From assembly GCA_951406725.2 (NCBI GenBank), contig OX597825.1, positions 4,092,001-4,156,000 on the forward strand: a DNA stretch of 64,000 bases, written 5' to 3'. Every line of letters begins with the position of its first letter. The first letter of the stretch is position 1. A model generated the notes under the pieces. That model saw only the letters and a list, made by a program, of their open reading frames with translations, was not told the DNA's origin and ran no database searches. The position numbers and the translations under genes were made by a program. Shown piece by piece: positions 24,338 through 38,075 of this stretch. This DNA comes from Octopus vulgaris (taxonomy: Eukaryota).

Positions 24338-27300
24338 GTGAAATCCTTATCATAAATGAATGACATACATTCATCCAACTGTACATTGATTTACCCGGTG
24401 TAACGGCCGAGTATATTGCGAATCTGAACTGTCTGCGCTAATATCTTTCCTCACTTACATCATTAGGTGCGAAACTGAAAACCAAACATTAATTTCAATT
24501 TATATTAGAGTACCGCATATCTAGGATAGAACAGCTGTTACACACGGACACACTGACACAGGCACATACACACAGACACAGACACACTCGCACAGACTCA
24601 GACACAGAAGCACACATATACATACAGACACATACATGTACATACAGACACGCACAGACACACACACACACTTATCCTACAGTAAATGCAAATGAACCCT
24701 AACAGCGTGATTGGCAGGAGTTGTGTTTAACTTTGCCAAGCCTAAAACGAAGGGTGTAAGCCGTCTTGGAAGCAGCATTCATGTACTTCCACTACATGTA
24801 CAAATCGCCCTTCTCGAAGCCCTAACGGCATCCTGTAAAGAAACATATACGCTAATACTTATACTTTTATTAGGTAGCATTTATCCTGCTATCACTGGAA
24901 AGAGACACGAATAGATCTGTCCCAAGTGTCTTTGCTGGCCCAACCATAGACATGTTCATTACACGATGTTCTCCGATTTACTAAAAGAAGAATAAATTTA
25001 CAAAAACCAAGAGCTTTGTAGGGATAATTGTTATGCATATATATATATATATATAGAAAACAACTTAAAATGCTAACATGCATTTATTCCAACGTAATAT
25101 TCTGGAGCTAATTAAATAAACATAATGATTTGATATCACAGATGGGCAAGTTGTATTAATGAAATTCGCTGAGACTGAATATCCATAACCTCTCCTTAGC
25201 TTTAGAAAATTCCATAAATCTTTTCAGAGAATTAATAAACCTGCGTCTAGTTTACCAAGTCTTTTTCTTTAATAATCTAGTATCAGCCATTGTGCGTTTA
25301 ATTTGATAATCCACGTGCATTTTTAAAAAAAAATTATTTTCCATTTTAGCTTTTGTTTTTTATCTTCTATGTCATCAATGCACAGTTTTACATTTCTTTA
25401 CTTTGTCTTCGAGCGAGGTTATTCATTGATGTTTTCAATCTATTGAATTAACATCAACCTCTGATGTTTCAACGATACTCAAATCGTTAAGTGAAGCACA
25501 TGTACTATATCGTCGGATTAGATTCTATCAATCTATCGATTTATCTTCTATTTGACTTTCCCTCTCGCTGACATTATGGGGGTGGATATCTGATTTTCGT
25601 TTTCTATAGGCTGGTTTTATTGATTGCAGCGTGTGACATTTTCAAACCTGCTTTTGAAAAGTCCTATAAACATGTACAATGAATCAATGATATGTTGGAT
25701 TTGTTTTCTTTAAGTTATCATGGCCAGTGATATTTGTGTTGGCTTGCTGAATATATAATGTTGCTGGTTGAAACGTGTTGAGAAGAATGAAAAAACACTG
25801 GTTCAACGCTAACCTTAGATACTCATTTATAAGTATTCACTATTATTCACACTTGAAAATACCAAGCTCACATTACAAATCAAAATAGACATTTCTAAAA
25901 TAGTGATTTATTTTGTAAAAGACTATTTCCAAATTATTAGTTAAAGAATAGCTTCAAATTAATTCTTGCTAGCAAATTTATCTGTGTAATATCCATTTAA
26001 TAACGGAAATGGATACGAATGCCAAACTTGAACACTACTGTGTGCTATGCCAAATTTTGAAAGATTATCAAATATAATTGTCGGAATGGTAGTTTTTTTC
26101 CGGACATATTTCTCTGATATAATATTTAGATAAAATAACTATCTTCAAGCTAAAACTCTTCCATCGATTCAAAATTTTAGAGTTCCTCTCTGTAGGAAAT
26201 GTATATTTACACAGTAAGAACTTTTTAGAAAATACCGACAAATACAAAACCAAGAAATTATTTAGTCGCAATAAGATATTTTGCAATTACATGAAGAAAT
26301 AAAATACAGTTTAATTTGATGATTTTGTGTTGTAGTCTGCCCACAATGTTCTTGTGATTATTGTTGAAGAAAGATAATTTCGCATTTATGATGTTGAAAC
26401 TAGGGTTTAGATGTGCAGCTAAGTTTTTCAGCTCTGGCCCTACTTAGGGTTACCTCCAGTTCACGTCCTCTACCAAAGCCTCAAGTCAAACAATTGTACA
26501 TAAAAATCTGAGAGAAAGATAGCTTGTAAAGTTGTAATACTGAATAAAATTAACTGGGCCAACGACAACTTGAACTGACAAGTTTCTGTTATAATGAAAT
26601 GAGGTCTCTTTTTTGAGGAAATTGTTTTACTCGCGTCACTGACGGGGCAATCAAAAATTCCGGAAGCTCGATATTTTCGCGATATAAAAACGAGAAAATG
26701 ACTCGATCCAGTTAAACTTTCATTCATTATCTGACGCTGATGTCGCGACAGATCTCAGGAAGAAATCCTCTACATAGTCGCTCTTTATGTCCTTGTGGCC
26801 ACGAAAACAATTTTAGACTGTGATACGTTATATGTAATACAGAAATAATTTTATTACTTAGTCTAAAAAATTACTGCGGTAATATACGATTTCAAATCTA
26901 CACTTTTGGAAATACTAAATAGCAATGGAAAGCTAAATTCTATTTCATTACAAACTTATGATTCCATTGAAGAGAAGAAAATATTATCAATGTTTCTAAT
27001 CATATTTTATAATACTTCGATAAAATTTAATGTTTTTGCATCTTCTAAATACAGGAGAAAATTGTATTAATATATAACTGTATTTATCTCTTTCAAAATG
27101 TAGTAAATGTTCAATAATAGGTATTCAAAACATACAACATACACTCACACAATTAAAAATATATGTTACTAATGTGTACCAAACGAGAGAATATTGTAAT
27201 CGGGTTGTAAATTTCATAAGGCGATGTCTGGCATCAATATTTTGTGTGTGTGCGCGCGTGTGAGTGTGTGTGAGTGTGTGTGTGTGTGTGTGTGTATTTC

Positions 27301-27952
27301 GGTGTCCTTCACTCATGATAATTCTAGTGCACTCTTTGACACCATTTAAATATGTTTCTGTGTCACCTCAGATTTATTGTTATCACATACGTTAGTTAAC
27401 CCTGAGCTGTAATTCTGACAGGTGCTTCTACGCCAGTTCAGATTAGATTTAGGAACAATAGCGGTTAAGTGTTGGACCTTCTTTACTGCAAATCTTGGAA
27501 CACGCAAATCAGTGCCCCACAAGAAGGATGCGTTTTAAATTAATACCCAGTGACACTCTCCTGTAAAAGCTGTAGTAACCTGTCACAGGTTATCAGGCTT
27601 CGGTTTCTCACGAGTTAAAAATGGAGTCTCAGAATGTGTTGCATGGCGTTACGTAAGCGATTATGCCAATCGTGCAATGCCGTAGAGATGTGACCTCAGG
27701 TGTGATTCTATTGATCGGTAGAAGAGCGGCGATGAGCAGATACCAATCCAATCGGAGACACAGAGTAAGTAACAATTTTTTTGCGTGTTATCTTTGCATC
27801 AAAATTTGGAGATCAGCAAGAGGTGTGAATAGACATATCAGAAATTTTGAATAGAAAATCATAAATGCTCTGGACAATGAGTCATAACAATGAGTAGGCA
27901 GGCATCTATAAAAATGGCAGAATGACCAGGTATGCATGTGTATGTGTGTCTG

Positions 27953-28001
<49 letters not shown>

Positions 28002-28299
28002 ATATATAATTTATATTAAATTAGAGATAAAACCACTATTAGGCAAATTATACAATGAAAAACTTAAGCCAATACATAAGATTAATTCATTTATATTATT
28101 TAAATATATATCAAAATTATTAAAAAAGGTAATTAATATAACACTACGATCGTTTCATGGCTGTTCCATTCTTAAAATTTTCGAGTTACATTCATTCTAC
28201 AGGTGGTTTAAATATTTAAATATTTAAATATTGGCGAGGTTTAATCAATATGAACTCTGATTTCTCCCTGTAAGTTTGGATTTATTCCTAATAATATTT

Positions 28300-28362
<63 letters not shown>

Positions 28363-28373
28363 TATAGAAATAC

Positions 28374-28591
28374 AATAAGAGGCTTCCAAATAAGGAAGCG
28401 TTGTACTAGAACACAAAAGGGATAAATTCATGGCTTTGGCAAATATATTTTGGTTGGTTGCTGAAAATAGTAAAAACCGTCGGTCTGGGATATAGTTGAG
28501 ATGGTAAATGTTTTTCATTTTCATTCCTTTCATGAATTTATCCCTTTTTGTGTTTCTAGCACTACGCTTCCTTATTTGGAAGCCTTTTATT
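28374..28591. repeat. Inverted repeat, ~60-bp arms, 98-nt spacer (MITE-like)
   Basis: ggcttccaaataaggaagcg..agggataaattcatg (28374-28432) pairs with catgaatttatccct..cgcttccttatttggaagcc (28531-28591). Confidence 0.95.
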
Positions 28592-28632
28592 ATATATCTA
28601 TATGAATAATATATAGTCTAATGACTAATTCG

Positions 28633-28659
<27 letters not shown>

Positions 28660-28672
<13 letters not shown>

Positions 28673-28744
28673 GTACATACATACGTATAAACATACTTAT
28701 GTACATACATACATAAATACATATATAAATGCATACATACGTAC

Positions 28745-28788
<44 letters not shown>

Positions 28789-28860
28789 GTACATACATAC
28801 GTATAAACATACTTATGTACATACATACATAAATACATATATAAATGCATACATACGTAC

Positions 28861-28905
<45 letters not shown>
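28660..28905. repeat. Tandem duplication of a ~115-120-bp compound microsatellite unit
   Basis: acacacatgtacatacatacgtataaacatacttatgtacatacatacataaatacatatataaatgcatac occurs twice. Confidence 0.9.
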
Positions 28906-28913
<8 letters not shown>

Positions 28914-29124
28914 CCTACCTAGATGCAAATTAATGTAGAAGACACATTGTTGCCACGAAACAATGCCAGAGGCCAGCTTACTCTTCATGCCTCGGGAATA
29001 TCTACGCCAAATAATAAATCTTTCAATGGAGTTGTATGTTTTTGAATGACTAATATACGTCTCAAACTATGTAATTCTATATAAATATATACATATAAAG
29101 GAAAACACTCACACACATATATAC

Positions 29125-29179
<55 letters not shown>

Positions 29180-31924
29180 AATGTGTGGGGAGGGGGGAGT
29201 ACACGTATGTGCGCGTCTACCTGTATGTGTATTATACAGGTGTTTTACTCTGACAGTATTTTTGTATGCACACACACACACATATATTAATATGTGTATA
29301 TATGTGAACATGTGTTTGTAGATATGTACATACGCGTACGTATCTATAGTTTCTATAAGTCTACTCGTCAATTTGTGTGAAATGAAATAATTGTACTTAG
29401 ACATTACTTCAGTAATTAAAGAGACACATAAATATATTTACAATTGTTTCTGTATTAATTAACTTCTATTATAACTTAATTAGTATAAGTCTATACCGTT
29501 TCAGACTACATTGTCAATTATACAATCGTAAGATGTTGGAAGCCAAGAATTACTAACAGCTGCTTCATACGTTTCACTTGTAAACTTACAAATATTTCTG
29601 TAATTTAACTTAACCTAATTATGTTCTCTGTATTTCTTAGTAAACACTTTTCAATCATTTTTAATAATGAAGTTTTGTCAATTCTTAACCAATAACACCA
29701 ATAGCATGAATGGTTTTACACTTACTGTAATATTTTAATAATGTCTATTTCTGGTTTAGGCAGACGTTCTGAAAATTACCGTGGATACCTAATCATTAAA
29801 CAATTACTTTTTTTAGAAATCGCAAATCACTTCTGTCCGACTGATTTCTCCTTGGTTTTGTATATAGATAAGAAAAAGTAACAGCCATATGCTCGACCCT
29901 ATATCATAGGGGTATAGCGCATAATAAACACCATGCGTACAAAAAAACTACATATATATTATAACCGTGAACGGTCTGGTTTATACAACTGGTTCATCCT
30001 ACTTTACGTAACGCATCATTTGAATATTAATTTTTTGTTTACATTACTAGAAGAAGAAACATTTCAGAGCCTCGGTGTCTGCTGGTAGAAAAGGACAAAC
30101 CGGACCTATGCCACATCCATTTAAACAGTGAACATCGCTTACGATGCACTGATTCCTTAATTATTTTAACTGTCAGAGTAAAATATTTTGTCAAACAGGA
30201 ACTTAGACGGAATTCCCATGACCTCTGTCTGTCTAAATGAAGACACACGAACTCGAATAGCTACAAATTCTAAAGGTTACATCCATTAATATTTCATTGT
30301 TGTATTTTTACGTGAAGCAAATTGCGGCCTGCACGTATTTTATCATAAATATATGTCTACATCCATATGTTTTGGCTTGACTTTAGTTTGAGTTTATTTA
30401 GATCTGTGCTAGAATCACGATATATAAGTTTACCTGTTTAAGGTGTCCGCCGTTTTCTAATCACACGCATAGTGAACGCTTCAACATACTCTACTTTCGT
30501 CTATCTATCCCGAAGTGTCAAATCTGCTCATGAATAAGTTACATCAGTGGTTAGCAATTTAGTTAATTAGACTCAGAATGATAAGAACCGCAAATCATGT
30601 TGCAAATCATAATGTCTGATCTCCTAAATTTACTCTAAACTACAACCCTGGACAAGCACTTTATTTACAGAGATTGAAAGGTAGAATTACAAATTTGATC
30701 GCGAATTAATTTTAATTTAGGGTGCATCGATTCAGAACGTATGCTAGGAGGCCTTCTAACTTACGCTCTATCGAACTCACTAATTTGTGCATATACTATT
30801 ATATTACACGGTGGTTAACGGATGAATATTTACAGTGAGTCACCAAAATCTTAATTAGAATATTCACACATTTGACTACTATCTAATTCGGAATACAACG
30901 GATGTCCATAGATGGTTTCGTCTGTTGGGAAAAGGTAAAGTACATATAGAGTGATATAATGGAATCAGTATAAATGATTATATCATAAAAATAAAGATAT
31001 ATGACATTCTACCTGTATAAAATTCAATATACTGAATGTTTACAAGTTGGTGAGGATTCGGCAGATTAATCAGGATGCACATGTAAACTGCTTCCACAGT
31101 TACAAATTAAGAGTGACCGTAGTAAGAGAGTTGGGTGAAGACAAACTTGGAAATTAGAGTACCATGTTATAAATATTTTTGCAATTTATTTCATATCAAC
31201 TTGGTGGCATCAATGTTCACATTAATCAATCTAAAATCAACATGATATGAACCACATGAAAACCTGGCTTCAGTTCATGTGAATTTATCTTCCCATCCAT
31301 AATCGTGTTCTTCTGTACAAATACTTTATTCGAAATATATTAAATCACGTAAGAAAAGATGATGTTTATAAGAACATATTTCTAATTACGCTGTGATATA
31401 TTTTGATGTATATATTTCGCCCAGAATACACTAACATCAACCTAAATAAAACATCTAAGCATACAGACAAATGTTTGTCTGTTTATGGGTGTGTATACAT
31501 ATGTGGATATACTCTGTTTTCACCAAATTTAATTATAATTCTCTGAATGATTTTGTAGTTGAACGTACAATTGAATATAGTAACACTTTGACAACATTTA
31601 TCACAATAGCAACATCTGCTCTGCAAGTGTAAGGAACTTGTAAATGATTTCTTACATAATTACATAATGCTCCCACATTCCAAGACTTCTTGCGTTAATT
31701 GTTATACTTCCAGTTTTCCAAACATCTCTACTTACTAACATGTGTAAGACGAGGTTGCAATGAGTTTGACATCCAGAAAGAAATAAACAGAATCTTGGTT
31801 GAATACCTTTAGTAGCTTATAAATCATTGTGTCTTACAATATACACATATAAATATACTCACACACATATCTATATATACCTACATATATATACACATAT
31901 GTTTGTGGGTGTATGTATGTGTGA

Positions 31925-31955
<31 letters not shown>

Positions 31956-31994
31956 AATACACACAGGCTCACAAGTATATTCTTCCATTCTTTT

Positions 31995-32400
31995 ATTTTT
32001 TTCAGCCATTTGACTGCGGCCATGCGGGAGCACCGCATTAATACACTTTTAGTCAATAAATCACCCTTCAGGACTCATTCCGTTTAGCCTAATACTTATT
32101 TTGTCGGTCTCCATTGCCGAACTTCTATGTTACAGGGATATACAAACAACAACATCGGTTGTCAAGCGATGGTGGTGGTGGTGGTGGTGGTGGTGGTTGT
32201 GGTGGTGGGGAAATACATACATACATAAATATATACTTATATACGACGGACGTCTTCAAATCCCCGTCTAGGAAATACACTCATAAGGCTTTGGTCTGCC
32301 CGTGGCTGTACTAAAACAGGCTACAAGGTGCCACGCAGTGAGGCTGAACCCGGGACCATGTGGTTAGGAAGCAAGCTTCTTCACACACAGTCAAGCCTGA
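31995..32400 (-). mobile_element. Full-length tRNA-derived SINE
   Basis: Minus strand begins tgactgtgtgtgaagaagcttgcttcctaaccacatggtcccgggttcagcctcactgcgtggcaccttg (tRNA-like head with B box) and ends ..gcggtgctcccgcatggccgcagtcaaatggctgaaa. Confidence 0.85.
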
Positions 32401-32463
32401 GCCTATATACACTATAGAAGTACAGTCGGTATGTGTATGTGTGTATGTGTGTGTGTGTGTGTA

Positions 32464-32518
<55 letters not shown>

Positions 32519-32704
32519 ATGAGGATGCTTTACACGTAGTAATGTTTTGAAATTTGTAGCCCTGAGCTGGTGCTTCACATCGCTAATCGGTTTCTTTCTA
32601 ATGAGTTAAGTTCCTTTGCCCACGTTTTTTTCCCGTAAATGTCACAAAATATGGTAAAACTTTCGAGGAAGGAATAACTGAATTTAATGTCACTGAAGTT
32701 GTAA

Positions 32705-32870
32705 TGTTTTCATAATTTACATTCCACGGATATTTGTCCCCATCTTGTGTGTTGTAAACACATCGTTTAAGCTGATGTACTATTCAGCCTTCATCAGGTG
32801 TCCTGGGAAAATTTCGAACCTGGGTTCTCATTCCTAAGGGAGTTTTCGATGTTGTTGTTGTTGTTGTTGC

Positions 32871-32919
<49 letters not shown>

Positions 32920-33190
32920 GTTATTATTATTATTGTTGTTGTTATTATTGTTGTTGTTGTTGTTATTATTATTTTTTTATTATTATTATTATTCAGGTCA
33001 CTGCCTGGAATCGAACTCTGAATCTTGGGGTAGTAGCCTTCACTTTTAACCGCTATGCCATATGCCCATATGATGAATGCTGGAGGGTATATCAACCGAA
33101 AAGTTATGTTAACAACAAAGAAAATGTGGACAAATGTCCGGCAGATGTAAATAATGCACATAAGTCCTCGTCTCTCACATACAGAACTGT
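32705..33190 (-). mobile_element. tRNA-headed element with hammerhead-like tail, plus an inverted copy of the tail
   Basis: Minus strand: A box tggcatagcgg (33050-33060), B box gagttcgattcc (33007-33018), (AAT)n, then gacac-CTGATGA-aggctg..cagct-tAAA-cgat-gtgtt (32757-32802). 33065-33160 on + is a diverged inverted copy of 32710-32800. Confidence 0.8.
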
Positions 33191-35708
33191 ATTGTAATGT
33201 TTGTTTTATGTTAGTGCCGCTCGATATTCTATGTGAAGTGAATGGGTTCTAAGACAGCAGAAACCATGACAACTCATTCGCCGACGACTCATATCAGACA
33301 ACTCATAGCTGGACAATTGATATCTACGTCAATTAATATCTAGGACAGCTCATAACAGATATAAAGTGATAAAGACATTTTGCGTATTTGTGGTGTGGGT
33401 GTGTATATATATGACTGTGCGTGTGTATGGTGGGTATGGCGTGGGTGTATGTGGTGTGTGTTTCTGTGTGTGTGTGTGGAATATATATTTGGGTGCATGT
33501 CCGCGTGTGTGTGATGTGTGTACGCGTGTGGTGTGTATTTTGTGTGTGTTTGTGGTGTGTGTGGTGTGTGGTGTTTATTTGTATATATCGTAACGTTTCA
33601 TGCAACGGACCGACCAAGAAATTTCCCTTCAGCCATTCTTCCACAAAACACAAAGCGACCTTATTTTCGTCTCTTTTACCGCTCCAGTCCCGTATATTCC
33701 CCATGTAGACTTGCTAACTATATACTACTCTATACATACGCTTTAAGGTACTTCCGCGCTTTTCCTCACATTTAGCTACCAGGTTCAATTACTCATGTTC
33801 ATGTACGTCAATTACATGAAGTGTTTGGTCTTATAGTCATCTTGAAATAATAATCAACAAAGGTTCTTCGGTCTATGTCCTTTTACCCTTTTCTCAAGCC
33901 ATAAGTGTTTCCAAGTGCCTTCAATCAACGAGCTGAAATCACTGTGCTGCTACATAATCTCGCAGTGATCGCGATCTCATCTCAGAGTCTCCTACTTTGT
34001 GGCACAATCCCGTGGGTTGAACCTTAGGATCTCTCTGTGGAAAGTTGGATATATGGAACCTTACTTTGCTCTTTCGGTTGTTTCTGGAATAGATTGCGTC
34101 ATAACTACAACACAATTACACATCAGTGCTGATAAATACGACCCAGATGAATTCCAAACACTGGATTACTAATGCCGTATTTTCTGTCTTGCAGTCCATG
34201 TCCAGTCCTACATTGCCAGTGCAGTTAATAACTCGAACAATGACTTTTAATCGAATCTGCCACACTTAACTCCCACGCAGCCTTTTGTTACCAGCAAATA
34301 CTGGACATCAGATGTACTATCGAAAAAAAAACATATTTTTAAAACTCTCCATTCTATCTGCGAAACCGATCGATAACATTCGTGCCAATTTCATAGCTAT
34401 GTTTCTTTTATAAGCCAGAAGTATTAAGCAGCTAATACGCCAGCTGAGTATAGTTGATTTAAATGTAGAAAAACTGATGCGTAGAACATCTACTAAATAA
34501 AATCGTTCTAGACTACTGCATCCTATACACAATCTATACTACGCTAAGTATATAAAAAGACATCAATATGATATATATCAATATACTACAAGGACAGATG
34601 TCGACCTCCGATATTGTTCTTTCACCAACTAAAATAGCACTCAAATTTGTATCACATCGTATTATAATTTTTAAAAATATGGAAGCACAATTGATAAAGA
34701 AGTGATGATACAAAAGTAGATGGACTAATTGCATTGGAATGATTTCGAAGATAGCTATGCTTTATTATATATGATTTAGCTTCAAATAACGTCATTGATA
34801 GACGCATAAATATGGGAATATGAGGAGGTTTAACCCAGTCTCATTGAAAAAGCAACACGATGCAGTTGGTGTGATTCGCTACTAGTTCAACAATCTCTAC
34901 CTCGTCAGTAAGTAACACGTATTCATAATGAATCTATTAAAATCCGTAGAGATAACCGGTGCAATAAAACATTTGAATATAAGCATCCAAGCATTTAGCT
35001 CCGTTCTGCTGTGTTCTGTTTTCACGTCTCGGTTGGATTCCAGCTTTTCTCACATTAGGATCAATAAAAGGATGTTCACAAATATATTGCTACTGAATTA
35101 GCAATTCTAAGCCCTTCTCTCCAATATATAATTCTACTGCCTATTGAGAGAAATCAATACTTGATATTGTAATACTTACTACATCAAAACAGCAGAGCAG
35201 TTGACTATATGCTTTGCAGAATTTAGTTTCATCTTTCATCATCTGTTTGGAAATTCAACTATACTAAACTATTAATCTATTTCTCGGCTGCAAATCTACC
35301 ATTCATCCATAATACACTAGAATTAATTAAAATGTCTCACTGTGCCTATCTGGAGTAAATCTGTATGGCACTCAAACGTATTTGCGAGACCAAAAGTTCC
35401 GATTGCATTCGATAAACGTAAATAAATGAGGCTATGCAGCATTTTAGCTCAGAGTAATACATAATAATGTGGTACAAATGAATGCAGAACGGGAGAAAAT
35501 GTACGTGATTATAGGTGACTGGTTGAAAGTTTTTTTTCTCGTGAATGCTGTACAATCTTCCGAACAGACTAGACATTTATTTTCGATATCATTTTGCATG
35601 TCAGAAATCGGATTACCCAATATACCAGCACGCGCGCATACACACAGATATGAATATATTATTTTATGCTTCTCTCTCTCGCTCTCTCTCTCTCTGTCTC
35701 TCTGTCTC

Positions 35709-35784
<76 letters not shown>

Positions 35785-35843
35785 CATGCACACATACACA
35801 AGAAAAATGTATATATGTATATATGCATACAGACACATACAAA

Positions 35844-35888
<45 letters not shown>

Positions 35889-36784
35889 GCATGTATGCAA
35901 GTATGACCGAATTTATAGATTTACGTATGCATGTAATCATGAGTGTAAACATGTATGTATGTTTGTTTGTTTGTTTTTATGTACAAAGATACTTGGATAT
36001 CTCATGCCCATTGTTGATCGTCAGCAACTAATAATGTTTGGATAATTCCTGGCCCAGAAGACAAATCGTAATCTTCCATGCGCCTTACATCAAGTAAATT
36101 TACTGTTCGATGAGATAATATTTGCAAAGTTTTGCGTCTCGTATTTACCAATCAACTCGCTGTAAGGTTTTGGTGGTACGGAGCATATTTGTGCATGGGC
36201 AAAATGCAATACAAACGCAACGATATGAAATGTGTGAGCATTAGGATATTGCATTCTCATATTAGATTTATATAGCTTCTCAAATTGATTATTGCTTTGG
36301 GTAGAGGAAAATTTACGTAGTAATATGGGAGCTCACCTCCACTCCAAAGATTATCAGATATTGAAATAGCGCACATTTGCATCAAATTAGAGTATTTATC
36401 TTTGTGATATTAATTTTAACAGCAAAAATTTTAATATCAGTGGAGAAGATGTAATTCAAGACACCTTATAGACACAAGAAACAGTTTTGATTTTATTTTT
36501 TATATTTTTCTAGTTTACTATATTCTCATTGGTTCAAATCAATTCGTGCAGAACAACAAACTTTCGGCAAAAGATTGGTGTGTATCTAAGTGAGCGTACG
36601 TATTTGTAGATGTGGACATATGTATATGTATATATGTTTATGCGTATGTGTGTATGTATGTATGTATGTATGTATGTATGTATGTATGTATGTATGTATG
36701 TATGTATGTATGTATGTATGTATGTATGTATGGAAGGATGGATGGATGGATGGTTGGCTGGTTGGCTGGATGAATGAATGGATG

Positions 36785-37200
36785 GTTGTTAAAGTTCGAA
36801 GACTCTCCTCAGTTGCGAATGTCCATGAGTTAGCGCCTAGAAAGTTCCCCTCCGAGGCACAAATCCGGGCAAGGTTGTTTATGGAAGACTATCAATTGTC
36901 CAGGCATACCAGCCTCCCTTCTCCATACCACCTTTTTTATCCAAGGGAACGGCAAATGTATGTTCTCTTGTCCAATTGCCTTTAATTCGCGTTTCAGTAG
37001 AATGGTCCCAAGGATATAGGTGAGACAGCTGCACCATACTGAAGAGGCTATGTTTGAACAGTGACCGATCACCCGTGGAATATTTTGCCGGAGAAGGCTT
37101 ATTAGGTGCTCGGCGACGCGTATAGGCTAAAATGTGACACGCCTATGATTCCAAGATAGGTGCTAATCGGAGGGAATCTCCTGTACTGCGATGGCTTCAG
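36785..37200. mobile_element. Interspersed repeat fragment, probably a non-coding part of an RTE-type LINE or SINE
   Basis: GC-richer block (gaaagttcccctccgaggcacaaatccgggcaaggttgtttatggaagac..cataccagcctccc) between microsatellites; recalled as a common octopus repeat, class not verified. Confidence 0.5.
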
Positions 37201-37376
37201 TCTCTGTCATAGATAATATAAATATAAGTAGAAATGTCTCTACGTACATACAGCACATTTTGCGCGGGGAAATGCATTACTGGATTTTTTTACACACGCA
37301 TGTATATATATATATATATATATACATACATATATATGTATATATATACATATATATATATGTACGTGTGTATATG

Positions 37377-37429
<53 letters not shown>

Positions 37430-37440
37430 GTGCGTATATG

Positions 37441-37479
<39 letters not shown>

Positions 37480-37894
37480 GTGTGTATACGTACATACATA
37501 CATATATATATGCATATGTATATTTATATTATATATAATGCTATTCCAGAGCCATACCAACAAACCAACATACCTCCATCATCTGCTAGTCCATGGATAT
37601 CATTATGCTTCCGACACCCTTTAAACCATCGGTATCAACAGCACCAAAACAAGTGTTTTGGGGGAACAAACAAACGAAAGAAAACACAGCTTTCAAACAC
37701 ATTTACCCTATGTACAACATTATCGGAAAATAAATTCAATAAGTAAGTTACAACTAACTCCTCAATACGTAACTAAACAGTGACGAATCCGTTACACACA
37801 CACACAAACACACACACGCACATATATATATATATATACATGCGTCTCCTCCTCTAGCCTGAGGTCGATCATATATGTGACCCTGTGTATATGT

Positions 37895-38075
37895 ATACAT
37901 GTATGTGTGTGTTTATCGCCCTGTCATCGCTTATCAGACAAGCAGTGTTCGGTTGTTTAATTGCTCCTAATTGGGTGTTCAGTAAAATGTGCCGATCGAA
38001 TGAGTACAAAGCGTAAAAATAAATGCTGACGTTGATTTAATCCTCTAAGCCATTCAACGCGGTGCACCTTCACTG
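37895..38075 (+). mobile_element. SINE 3' fragment
   Basis: Diverged match to the tail of the 32.0-32.4 kb family (gtcatcgctt..accgatcgaatgagtac-like..gcggtgc). Confidence 0.55.

Noticed and set aside
32994-33060. tRNA gene
   Set aside because: A and B boxes are present, but there is no proper acceptor stem or terminator; it is the head of a repeat.
33830-34315. Possible HERO-like LINE remnant on the minus strand
   Set aside because: Only a faint peptide resemblance (..CRTGHG); downstream motifs were not found.
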